Shown: positions 9,248-17,658 of the stretch, piece by piece
How positions within the stretch are numbered: the stretch's first letter is position 1
Layout: every line of letters starts with the position of its first letter
From: Candidatus Obscuribacteraceae bacterium
GTDB lineage: Bacteria; Cyanobacteriota; Vampirovibrionia; Obscuribacterales; Obscuribacteraceae
NCBI GenBank assembly: GCA_044226015.1
Contig: JBGAHS010000004.1
Location: forward strand, 64,001 to 128,000
Reading direction: 5' to 3'
Length of the DNA: 64,000 nucleotides
The notes under the pieces: generated by a model
The model's input: only the letters and a program-made list of their open reading frames with translations
What the model was told of the DNA's origin: nothing
The model's database searches: none
Position numbers and translations under genes: made by a program

Positions 9248-10416
9248 GCTTCGAGAATCTTGGCGCGAGCGTTGTCCAGAGAAAATTCTTTTTCAATCTT
9301 CTGTCGTGCCGCTTTAGCAAGATGTTCAGTTTGATTGCGATCCTCCACAATCATTTTGATCGCATCTTTCAAAGAACCGGCAGAGTCTGGTTTGCACAAG
9401 TGAATTACTGGTGGAATTCCAGCAATTTCTTGCACCACGGGTAGCGTCGTTGAAAGTACTGGACGACCAACCGCCATTCCTTCTACTATCTTAAGGGGGC
9501 AACAGCCTTGTTCTGCGTTGCGATCATTATTAGAGAGTGGTGCAAGCACTATGTCACACTCATGCATCAGTGGAATTAGCTCCGCTTGCGTTCGGGCAGG
9601 TAAGATCTCGACCCAATTGTCGAGCTGTTTTTTAGAAATTAGTTCGCCAATTTTTGCAATCTGCTGTGGGCGAGCTGCGGCCACAATTGTCAACTTACTT
9701 GCAATGCCTTCGGCATTCAAGACTGCTGTTGCATCAATTGCTGTGTTGACGCCCTGCCAGGCTGAAAGAGTCCCGAAGTAGAGAAGGTGCAGAATATCCT
9801 TCTGGGCATTGAGGGGCTCAAATTGAAACAAGCTGAGGTCTACGGCATTCGGAATCACTTTGATTTTGCTATCTAGATTTGCATGCTTCTGCGTTAGAAA
9901 AGCTTTGCTCAATTGGCTCGTTGTAATAATTAGGTCACTTTTCTCAAGGCACAATTCCTCTTGTCCTAGTAGCTTTTGCATGAATTCAAAATCGTCTGCG
10001 ACTCGAGGATACCTGTATTTAAGCTCGATAGAAGGCAAAGCATTTACTTCGAATACAAGTGCATTGCAGTATTTACTTTTGTCCTTTGCAAATATAAGAC
10101 CCTCAAAAGGTGAGCGAAAATGCACAATGTCGAAATACTTGTTTTTGCAAGCAATCTCAAGAAAGCGTCTGAAGTTGTTTATCCTGTCGATCAAATTCTG
10201 GCCGGGTGCTGGAATCAAGATTTGTTCAATTCCGGTTTCCAGTAATCTGCATTGAATGGGGGTTCCGTTTGGATACTCTTCTGTATTCGCCACTGTGCAG
10301 AGCTGTAATGACCCAAATTCCTCTGCTAGAAATCTGGATATCTGCAATATATGAACAGCTGCCCCTTTGGGGGAAGGCAGCACATCAAATGAGACATAAA
10401 GTATTTTTGGACCCAT
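9202..10416 (-). CDS. GT4-family glycosyltransferase
   Basis: IPNAVD, YFGTLSAWQG, CPLKIVEGMAVGRPV. Confidence 0.9.
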   Translation of the reverse strand: MGPKILYVSFDVLPSPKGAAVHILQISRFLAEEFGSLQLCTVANTEEYPNGTPIQCRLLETGIEQILIPAPGQNLIDRINNFRRFLEIACKNKYFDIVHFRSPFEGLIFAKDKSKYCNALVFEVNALPSIELKYRYPRVADDFEFMQKLLGQEELCLEKSDLIITTSQLSKAFLTQKHANLDSKIKVIPNAVDLSLFQFEPLNAQKDILHLLYFGTLSAWQGVNTAIDATAVLNAEGIASKLTIVAAARPQQIAKIGELISKKQLDNWVEILPARTQAELIPLMHECDIVLAPLSNNDRNAEQGCCPLKIVEGMAVGRPVLSTTLPVVQEIAGIPPVIHLCKPDSAGSLKDAIKMIVEDRNQTEHLAKAARQKIEKEFSLDNARAKILEAYRFLLSKASTSSVS

Positions 10417-10475
10417 TAAACTGCTTTACTTAGTGACATGCTGGCGTAAAATCATAGTGTATTTTGGAGTCAAAG

Positions 10476-11327
10476 ATGTCAATCAATAGCTCAGAAGCTG
10501 GAACTGAGGTGCCCACCTCTGCTGAGGCTCTTCCGAGCGTAAAAAAAGAGATCTTTTCTTGTTCTGCAAATATAGCCCAAATGGAAGCTCAGTTAAAAGC
10601 TTTGCATAGTTTGGACAAGCTTGCCGAAAAGAAGGGAAAGAACGCATTAGGATTTTTTGTTCTGGCAGTGCTTTCTATTTTTGTTTTGCCTGCCAAACTT
10701 TCACATATTGGCGCGGCTGTTTCAGCTGGTTTGATCCTATTTACCTTTATATATTGGCGAAAATGGGCTAAGAAGAATTATCCAGATGAGCGATATTTGC
10801 TTGCTCAAGGTCTGTTAGATCTGGTTTCTCGTGATGCAAACGCTGAGGACTTAATAACTGCTCGCATTGATTTTTCTGGTTTAAGAACTGGAAAAAATGC
10901 TGTCGAAAAAAGAAGTGATAGAACAGTCTATTCACTTGAGTGGCTTCTTGTTTCGGGCAAGTTTGCCGATGGTTCAAAGTACACAATGCAGGTTTCCGAA
11001 CAAACACACGTCAAATTCAGAAAGGGAAAAATCAAGCCCAAAGGATATACCTTTGCACTCACACTCGTGTTTTCCAAGAAGACTTATGGTCAGCTCCAGA
11101 TTGATCAAAATCATGCTTTGGCGCAACTGCAATTGCCTTTTCATGCGCGCGTAAAATCGTTTCGCGCAAAAGGAAATGCAATCAGAATTGTTGCCAAAAC
11201 GGGGGCAATCTATGGTGAGGGAGAAGGAATTACCAGAGAGCTGATTACAATGGCAAAATATCAGTTGATCAGTGCTTATGAGATGATGAAATCGGGACAG
11301 GCTCCCGTCTCGGTCGCTAGCAAGTAA
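10476..11327 (+). CDS. Hypothetical membrane protein (two TM helices, basic C-terminal domain)
   Basis: ATG after GGAG; two hydrophobic segments; first gene of a tight + strand operon. Confidence 0.7.
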   Translation: MSINSSEAGTEVPTSAEALPSVKKEIFSCSANIAQMEAQLKALHSLDKLAEKKGKNALGFFVLAVLSIFVLPAKLSHIGAAVSAGLILFTFIYWRKWAKKNYPDERYLLAQGLLDLVSRDANAEDLITARIDFSGLRTGKNAVEKRSDRTVYSLEWLLVSGKFADGSKYTMQVSEQTHVKFRKGKIKPKGYTFALTLVFSKKTYGQLQIDQNHALAQLQLPFHARVKSFRAKGNAIRIVAKTGAIYGEGEGITRELITMAKYQLISAYEMMKSGQAPVSVASK

Positions 11328-11349
11328 GATTAGTACAGAGGAACCAATC

Positions 11350-12141
11350 GTGAAATCAAAGAAGGCAATAAGTTCTCAGTTCGGTTGGGTGGGCAATTCT
11401 CTTGCGTCTTTTCTCGTTCTTGCATTTCTGTCCCAGCTTACAGCTTGCTCAGTTGACAAAAAGATGACAACTACCGGGTCTGAATCAACTCCAGAAGCAA
11501 GTCAAACTTCAGTGAATCAAACAGCTGTGAAGCCTGCTGAAGAACCTGAATCGCTGAAGCAGATAGATATTGATATTCCGAAGGAAGACTTGAAGAACGA
11601 TACTCTTAGTTCAGTCACCTTTAAGAATGCCGAACATGCGATTGCCTTCAAGATGATGCATAACAAAGATGGTGGCGCGATTATTGACGATACCGGCAAG
11701 GTAAAATTCTCTTTTGTCGAAGACCACAAAGAGAAAGCCAGACGGCTTATTCGTGTTAAAGATGGCAAAGGCGCAGTAATTGGTGTGGTGTCAGTTGTCG
11801 GGGTGGATTTGATTGAGCTTGCTGACGCAAACAAATACAAGCAGTACGCCTTGAAGTTCGATGGTGAGCGCGTGTTTAAGCTTAAGGATGCCGAAAATAA
11901 CGTTCTCTATAAAATCAAGGACGAGTCCTATGGCGTAAAAATTGAAACTGCTGATGGCACTGTAGCCGGCAAGGTTAAGGTTAAGGAAGAGAAGGTGACC
12001 TTAAAAAATGCATCAAATGAATTAGTACTTTCCACACGTTCAGAAGTGCCTGCTCCAGCTTTAGCCTGTTTTGCAATGGACAAGCTAGGTGAGAAAGAAA
12101 AGTATTCGCTGGCTTACTCTTTGATGTTTTTGAGGTTGTAG
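11350..12141 (+). CDS. Putative lipoprotein (beta-rich, possibly Tubby/LURP-like)
   Basis: Lipobox LTAC after a hydrophobic stretch; repeated short beta-hairpins with a C-terminal hydrophobic helix. Confidence 0.7.
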   Translation: MKSKKAISSQFGWVGNSLASFLVLAFLSQLTACSVDKKMTTTGSESTPEASQTSVNQTAVKPAEEPESLKQIDIDIPKEDLKNDTLSSVTFKNAEHAIAFKMMHNKDGGAIIDDTGKVKFSFVEDHKEKARRLIRVKDGKGAVIGVVSVVGVDLIELADANKYKQYALKFDGERVFKLKDAENNVLYKIKDESYGVKIETADGTVAGKVKVKEEKVTLKNASNELVLSTRSEVPAPALACFAMDKLGEKEKYSLAYSLMFLRL

Positions 12142-12142
12142 T

Positions 12143-12415
12143 ATGCCAGACCATAATTCACTTCCCTGTAGATACAAAGTTGGGTTTCTGTTCAAGCGAA
12201 TTTGCGGAAGGTTGAGCCGGGAAGGTTGCAACTTTTGTCAGGGAATGGCGCGCGACCCAAACCTCGATGAGGACTATGACCCATATTTCAATGACCGAAG
12301 AATCTATAACCGAAATTCAAGTTATTACAGGTCATACGATTTTACCGATTACGATGCGTACAATTTCGAGTCCGAATCAGACACAAATTACGAAAATGAT
12401 TTAGATGCCAGCTGA
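12143..12415 (+). CDS. Small protein with Cys-rich N-terminus and Asp/Tyr-rich C-terminus
   Basis: 90 aa; 1-bp gap to the upstream gene and 11-bp overlap with the downstream gene; four Cys including CNFC. Confidence 0.7.
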   Translation: MPDHNSLPCRYKVGFLFKRICGRLSREGCNFCQGMARDPNLDEDYDPYFNDRRIYNRNSSYYRSYDFTDYDAYNFESESDTNYENDLDAS

Positions 12416-13457
12416 CACCTGGTTGATTTATGCAATGGGTGGTGGATGGGGGCATTTGACGCGTTCATTGAGCCTGGCAAAAGCTGCTGCAATCAGGCAT
12501 CATGTTCTTATTATCAGCAACTGTAGTTATCTCGATTACATGCAAAATGATCCTAATTGGACCCGCCTGACTAAAGGTCTTAGCATTGAAATCAGGAATT
12601 GCGCGCACTTTAATTCAAGAGACAATAAAGCAGAACTTACTGAGTTGATTGAACGGGAAGTTGCAGATTTGAGCTGTTCTACCTTCATTGTAGATAGCTT
12701 CCCTAGAGGGCTGTTGGGTGAATTGCAGAGTGTTTTGTCCCGCCGCAAAAAAACAGCTAAGACAGTCTTGGTACATCGCGATCTGAATCCAGCTTATGCA
12801 GAGCAGTACAATCTACGAGAATTTGTTCAGTCAAATTTTGATTTGGTTCTCAATCCTGGTGAAGGAACGCGCGCGCTATTCCAAGAGTTTGCCGTTGAAT
12901 CTGCACCCTGGCTAATTCGTGACTCAGCAGAGTTGGATTCAGTAAACGACGAGCGAATAAACTGTTGGTTTGAACCAGGGAAAAACACAATTCTTATTTG
13001 TCCATCTGGCAGAGATATAGAAATGGAGCAGTACGTGAGAATAGCTGAGTGTCTCGCTGTTCGATTTGAAGCATGCAACTTTTTGCTGCTAAACAATGGA
13101 CTGTCTCGCAATAATGAGAGATCAAATTTGAGGCAGGTGAAATATTGGCCAGCGATTGATTTGCTCGCTTCGTCCAGTCTTGTTGTTGGTTCTGGAGGCT
13201 ATAACATTTCCAATGAATGCCGAGCATTAGGAGTGCCGCTTCTAGCGTATGCTCAATCACGTATGTATGATCGCCAGAAGCTGCGGTTGCTCGCTTTCAA
13301 TCAGGCGATCTTTTCATCTGAGTCTGAACTCGTTGACCTTGTTGAGAAAACAGTTTCTTCAACAAACGACCAGCGTCAAAAGGCTACATTCGATAACGGT
13401 GTGTATTCTGCCGTGCGGGAAATTGAACGATTGCAAGGGTGTATGAGACAATTGTGA
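12405..13457 (+). CDS. GT-B glycosyltransferase (MurG/GT28-like)
   Basis: GGGWGHLTRS N-terminal motif; VVGSGGYN..E..ALGVP; DRQ. Confidence 0.8.
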   Translation: MPADTWLIYAMGGGWGHLTRSLSLAKAAAIRHHVLIISNCSYLDYMQNDPNWTRLTKGLSIEIRNCAHFNSRDNKAELTELIEREVADLSCSTFIVDSFPRGLLGELQSVLSRRKKTAKTVLVHRDLNPAYAEQYNLREFVQSNFDLVLNPGEGTRALFQEFAVESAPWLIRDSAELDSVNDERINCWFEPGKNTILICPSGRDIEMEQYVRIAECLAVRFEACNFLLLNNGLSRNNERSNLRQVKYWPAIDLLASSSLVVGSGGYNISNECRALGVPLLAYAQSRMYDRQKLRLLAFNQAIFSSESELVDLVEKTVSSTNDQRQKATFDNGVYSAVREIERLQGCMRQL

Positions 13458-13467
13458 AACATCAATT

Positions 13468-14397
13468 GTGAGTACGAACATGAAGCGAGCGATTTCAAAG
13501 ACAATGTGGTTCTTATCTCTGGCGCTGCCGCTGCTTTTAGTTGAGTCCACGCCGACTTCGGCAAAGAACTATATCTTCAGGACTTCCAATACTCCTGCGC
13601 GAGTTCAGTCTCTGGGTGTGGACACGGTCAATGCTGTCATAACCATTGGAAATCAGCGCCACTACGGGTTGTTTATAGTAAATAGTCCAAAGGGAAGCGA
13701 ACTGGGCGATGACATGTCTTTGAAATCTGGGCAGGTGTTACTTACTCTTGATGGTTACTCGGTATTGACTGCAAAGCAAGCTGAGAATTGGATTGCGCAC
13801 CGACCGCACAAGCCACTCGTGTTTACCTTTGCTATGATCGTAAACGGGGTTCCAAAAGTATTTACCCGAGAAATTGCATCCAAAAGCACGTTGAATCCTG
13901 GCTCACAGAATGTTGCTTCTTCCAGCAATTCTAGACCTGACCCTGCAGAGCGAGACTATTCCACTAGCGAACTCGAATCAGAATGCATTTCGATGATTAA
14001 TGAGAGTCGCCGAAGAGGCGGTCTTGGACCCGTAGTCCAGGACTCGCAGCTGGCAGGATTAGCTCGAAAATACGCTGACTACATGGCTCAACACAAAGAG
14101 GGCTACGAAATTACAGTGAGCCGAAGCCCTCATGTGGACCTGCAGGGACGATCACCACAAGAGCGTGCCAATGAGTATGGTGTCAACCGACCTATCGCCG
14201 AAAACATCGGACGTGCATCTAGAGGACCATTCGAATTAGACATCAAGCAACTGCGCAATCTACACAAATCTATGATGGATGAAGGTCCGGGTGGCGGTCA
14301 CTACGAAACAATCATGAATCCGAATGCCAGAATGGTTGGCGTGGGGGTGGCTAGAATTTCAGGCAGGTTTTATTTGACCGAAGAATTTTCGAATTGA
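13468..14397 (+). CDS. Secreted CAP (SCP) domain protein with a PDZ-like N-terminal domain
   Basis: MINESRR..GL, H.D..G.SP.ER, AENIG, GHYETIMNP, VGVGVA. Confidence 0.85.
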   Translation: MSTNMKRAISKTMWFLSLALPLLLVESTPTSAKNYIFRTSNTPARVQSLGVDTVNAVITIGNQRHYGLFIVNSPKGSELGDDMSLKSGQVLLTLDGYSVLTAKQAENWIAHRPHKPLVFTFAMIVNGVPKVFTREIASKSTLNPGSQNVASSSNSRPDPAERDYSTSELESECISMINESRRRGGLGPVVQDSQLAGLARKYADYMAQHKEGYEITVSRSPHVDLQGRSPQERANEYGVNRPIAENIGRASRGPFELDIKQLRNLHKSMMDEGPGGGHYETIMNPNARMVGVGVARISGRFYLTEEFSN

Positions 14398-14491
14398 TGT
14401 AGTCGAGCCGGTTCTTGCACTTCTCCGGCTGATCCGTCCCACTTACTTTCTTTGTCACCAAGGTTCATCGACAACCGGGTTGGCTTGTATT

Positions 14492-14521
14492 CCACAAAAT
14501 CTTAATGCCTCTTGAATTAGC
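14492..14521 (+). promoter_or_regulatory. Conserved upstream motif, copy 1 (CCACAAaaTCTTAATGCCtcTtGAATTAgC)
   Basis: 24/30 identical to 15731-15760; begins 52 bp before the protease start. Confidence 0.6.
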
Positions 14522-14543
14522 ATCAGATTAGGGGTTTGGGGGC

Positions 14544-15716
14544 ATGGCTATGGTGAGATCTTCGGAAAATTCTGGGGCTGAACGGGCGGAGAGAAACGCC
14601 TCAGAGCAAAAGGGAACAGAGTCTTCAGTCCATCAGGAAATTACTCAATCGCGCCAGACGGCAACTCAAGATGGTGTGCAACAGAAAGAGCAGAGCAAAA
14701 ACGATACCAATCGGTTGGAGAATCAGGGACAACTTCCGAGTCTAACCTTAGCCGACCAAGATACAAATGATGCAAAAACTCGCGGCATGAAAGCTGCGGA
14801 AAGCCCAGATTCCGCTAAGGAAGGAACCGATAAAAATAAGAGTGGCAGCCCTGAAGCAGCTAAGCAAACCAAGGAATCAAAACCCGAAACTCAAGAGAAT
14901 AAATCAGAAGCTGCAGAAATGCTCGGCGACTTTTCAATCTCTCCGGAGTCATCATCTTCGGCTGCCGGTGATGACAGAACAAAAGTAGCGGATTCGCCCG
15001 TTCATCCCTTTAACGCAACAGCTAGCGAATACAAAGACATGCTACGGTCTGGACCGAAAAAAGGTATTGATCGCATTTGTTCGACCGATGCCCAATCGCC
15101 AGCAGTAAGTAAGCAAGAAATACAAAACACCTGTGGAATTGATTTGAAATCGAAATTCCCCGAAGTGAAAGCGGGTGTTGTTCAGGTTTATGGCGAAGGT
15201 GGTCGAATTGGTACCGGTTTTCTGGCCTGCGAGAAGAACAATTGCCAAATCGTCACTGATGAACATGTCGTGGGCAGTGGAACGCAAGTGATGCTCGTAA
15301 AAGATGGAAAGGCAGCGCCTGGTACCGTCACGGGGCGCGATTCTGCAAGTGACCTTGCGAGCATTTCTTTTGATGCTAAACGTCTTCCGGGTCTAAAACC
15401 TCTTCCCCTGGGAACTGGAACGGACCTGGCTGTTGGCGCACCAGTGTTTGCTGTTGGGCATGGAAAGCAATTGCCAGAGCAATCAGTCATTCCAGGACAA
15501 ATTACAAACGCCTCAGTTGATATCAAAACGAGAGATGGTGCTTTATATGCTAACCAATTTGATTCGGATATGAAAGCCGTTCCGGGGCATTCGGGAAGCC
15601 CTGTACTGGACCGTGACGGTAAGGTAGTTGCTGTAATAGGAAGCAGTGGTAGAACTGGTAGCTCTGGTCCCAAAGTTGAAAAAGTAAAAGAACTGCTCAG
15701 AAAATCTACTCATTGA
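14544..15716 (+). CDS. Trypsin-like (S1) serine protease with a long disordered N-terminus
   Basis: Triad TDEHVV / ASDLA / GHSGSP; ~190-aa low-complexity N-terminus; no signal peptide. Confidence 0.88.
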   Translation: MAMVRSSENSGAERAERNASEQKGTESSVHQEITQSRQTATQDGVQQKEQSKNDTNRLENQGQLPSLTLADQDTNDAKTRGMKAAESPDSAKEGTDKNKSGSPEAAKQTKESKPETQENKSEAAEMLGDFSISPESSSSAAGDDRTKVADSPVHPFNATASEYKDMLRSGPKKGIDRICSTDAQSPAVSKQEIQNTCGIDLKSKFPEVKAGVVQVYGEGGRIGTGFLACEKNNCQIVTDEHVVGSGTQVMLVKDGKAAPGTVTGRDSASDLASISFDAKRLPGLKPLPLGTGTDLAVGAPVFAVGHGKQLPEQSVIPGQITNASVDIKTRDGALYANQFDSDMKAVPGHSGSPVLDRDGKVVAVIGSSGRTGSSGPKVEKVKELLRKSTH

Positions 15717-15730
15717 GAAATCCGTACGTG

Positions 15731-15760
15731 CCACAATTTCTTAATGCCGATCGAATTATC
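15731..15760 (+). promoter_or_regulatory. Conserved upstream motif, copy 2 (CCACAAttTCTTAATGCCgaTcGAATTAtC)
   Basis: 24/30 identical to 14492-14521. Confidence 0.6.
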
Positions 15761-15902
15761 GTTTTTATCTAAAGGTTCGCACACTTACTAAGTTTAGCTT
15801 GACAGGTTCATTTCCAGCAGTACTCACCGCTGGTTTTAGGACTGAGTAAAACATCGGGAAATAGCACTCTTCCTCTGCTTGGAAGAGCAAGGCAGGTTTG
15901 TA

Positions 15903-17600
15903 ATGGCAAAAGAAGAAACAGAAAAATCAAAAGAGTCTTCAAGGGAAAGAGAAACAGAACCAGCAGCAGCAAGCGCTGGTGAAAGGTTCCAAAAGGAAGT
16001 TGAGTCGACTCGTCAGGAACAGCGCGATTCAGCTAACCCAGCCAGTGACATCCGCAAGCAGTCTGAGGACTCAAAACTCAATGCAACGAGTCAACCCCAA
16101 GACACGGCAAGTCAGCATTTGCCAAAAATGGACCTCGTCGATGGCGCAAATAAAGATTCATCGCGTGGTCTGAAGACGGATCTTCCTGGTAGCGCAAAAT
16201 CCGGCTCAGAGACTCAAACTCGTGGTGACTCTGGTGGCTACTCGGTCGAAAAATTTGACGCAGAGGGAAATCGCCGTGAAGTTCGCAACACAGACAAAGA
16301 CGGCAAGCCAGTATTTGAAGGCAAGTTCGACAGCAGTGGCAAGCTTGAGGAGGGCAAGTACTATCAGAACGGAAAACTAAGTGAGACTCAAACTCGTGGT
16401 GACTCTGGTGGCTACTCAGTCGAGAAATTTGACGCAGAGGGAAATCGTCGCGAAGTTCGCAACACAGACAAAGACGGCAAGCCAGTATTTGAAGGCAAGT
16501 TCGACAGCAGTGGCAAGCTTGAAGAGGGCAAGTACTATCAGAACGGAAAACTTAGCGAGACTCAAACTCGTGGTGACTCTGGTGGCTACTCAGTCGAGAA
16601 ATTTGACGCAGAGGGAAATCGCCGTGAAGTTCGCAACACAGACAAAGACGGCAAACCAGTATTTGGAGGTAAGTTTGACAGCAGTGGCAAGCTTGAAGAG
16701 GGCAAGTACTATCAGAACGGAAAACTTAGCGAAACACATACTCGCAATGAGTCAGGTGGTTATTCTATCGAACAAGCTAACAAGCCGGAATCGCGTAATC
16801 TCAACGAACAGCAAGTTAAGGATGCCCATGTACGAAAGGGTGAAGGTCCTTATCAGGTCGCTTCTCGGCTTCTTGGTGACGAAGCTAGCCAGAAAGAAAA
16901 GGTCGCACTCGCATTAGCTTTTAAAGGACAATACGACAAAGAAACCGCCCATAAAGACCCAGAAATGCGGCACCTGAAAACTGATCGCAGCATGCTGAAC
17001 GAAAGCAACTACAAAGAAGTAATGGAACGAATCGGCAATGATTCCTTGCGTGAGAGCATTAATACAAAACTCAGTCAAACTAACAAACACCCAGGACAAG
17101 AACAAATCGGAAGCAGAGAGCCCAAGACAGAGCCCAAAGCTGACCATCATAAAGCAGAGCCTCAAAGAGAAGGAACGGGCAAAATCGATAGATCGAGGTT
17201 TGATCAAGAACTAAAAGATCCCAAAGTGATGGCCGCATTTGCTGGCAGAATGCACAGCGAAGTAGGCAGCCAGGGAAAAGCAGCTCAACTAGCTTTCGCC
17301 GAGGAAGTAATGAATAGAGCTACTTCAAGAGGGCAATCGCTTATGCAAGCATTGAGTGGTCGCTATTACCCCACTTCCACCCCCGGACGTTCAGACAATC
17401 CTTCCTATGTTGAAACAATTAACAAAGCATGGAAAGAAGGTACTGACACTACCCATGGTGCAACAGGAAACGCTAGCGGAAAAGTAGGTTTTGGTCGAGG
17501 AGGATTTCAAACTGTCAAGATCGGTGGCGAAAAATTCGGAATGGAAGCTAACGACGTAGCCGCCGGTTGGCTCCAGAAATACCAGAAACTGAAGGCATAG
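15903..17600 (+). CDS. Repeat-containing protein with a LysM-like segment and a C-terminal SleB/Hydrolase_2-like cell wall hydrolase
   Basis: Disordered N-terminus; 3x58-aa repeats; HVRKGEGPYQVASRLL; AGRMHSEVG..GKAAQLAFAEEVMNR; start refined to ATG at 15903. Confidence 0.7.
   Translation: MAKEETEKSKESSRERETEPAAASAGERFQKEVESTRQEQRDSANPASDIRKQSEDSKLNATSQPQDTASQHLPKMDLVDGANKDSSRGLKTDLPGSAKSGSETQTRGDSGGYSVEKFDAEGNRREVRNTDKDGKPVFEGKFDSSGKLEEGKYYQNGKLSETQTRGDSGGYSVEKFDAEGNRREVRNTDKDGKPVFEGKFDSSGKLEEGKYYQNGKLSETQTRGDSGGYSVEKFDAEGNRREVRNTDKDGKPVFGGKFDSSGKLEEGKYYQNGKLSETHTRNESGGYSIEQANKPESRNLNEQQVKDAHVRKGEGPYQVASRLLGDEASQKEKVALALAFKGQYDKETAHKDPEMRHLKTDRSMLNESNYKEVMERIGNDSLRESINTKLSQTNKHPGQEQIGSREPKTEPKADHHKAEPQREGTGKIDRSRFDQELKDPKVMAAFAGRMHSEVGSQGKAAQLAFAEEVMNRATSRGQSLMQALSGRYYPTSTPGRSDNPSYVETINKAWKEGTDTTHGATGNASGKVGFGRGGFQTVKIGGEKFGMEANDVAAGWLQKYQKLKA
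16209..16772 (+). repeat. Intragenic 174-bp tandem repeat, three full copies plus one partial
   Basis: Units start at 16209, 16383, 16557 and (partial) 16731; near-identical, in frame (58 aa). Confidence 0.95.
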
Positions 17601-17658
17601 AATTTTTTACCACAATTGACTAATCGTGCAGTACCACACATGGGTTGAAAGGACTGAG

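Noticed and set aside
733..10451. GCTGGCGTAAA at 882 and 10440 as a shared operator
   Set aside because: Also occurs inside coding sequence (733) and can be explained as a -10-like element
16209..16772. Tandem repeat as a CRISPR array
   Set aside because: Contiguous 174-bp in-frame coding units with no unique spacers; no cas genes
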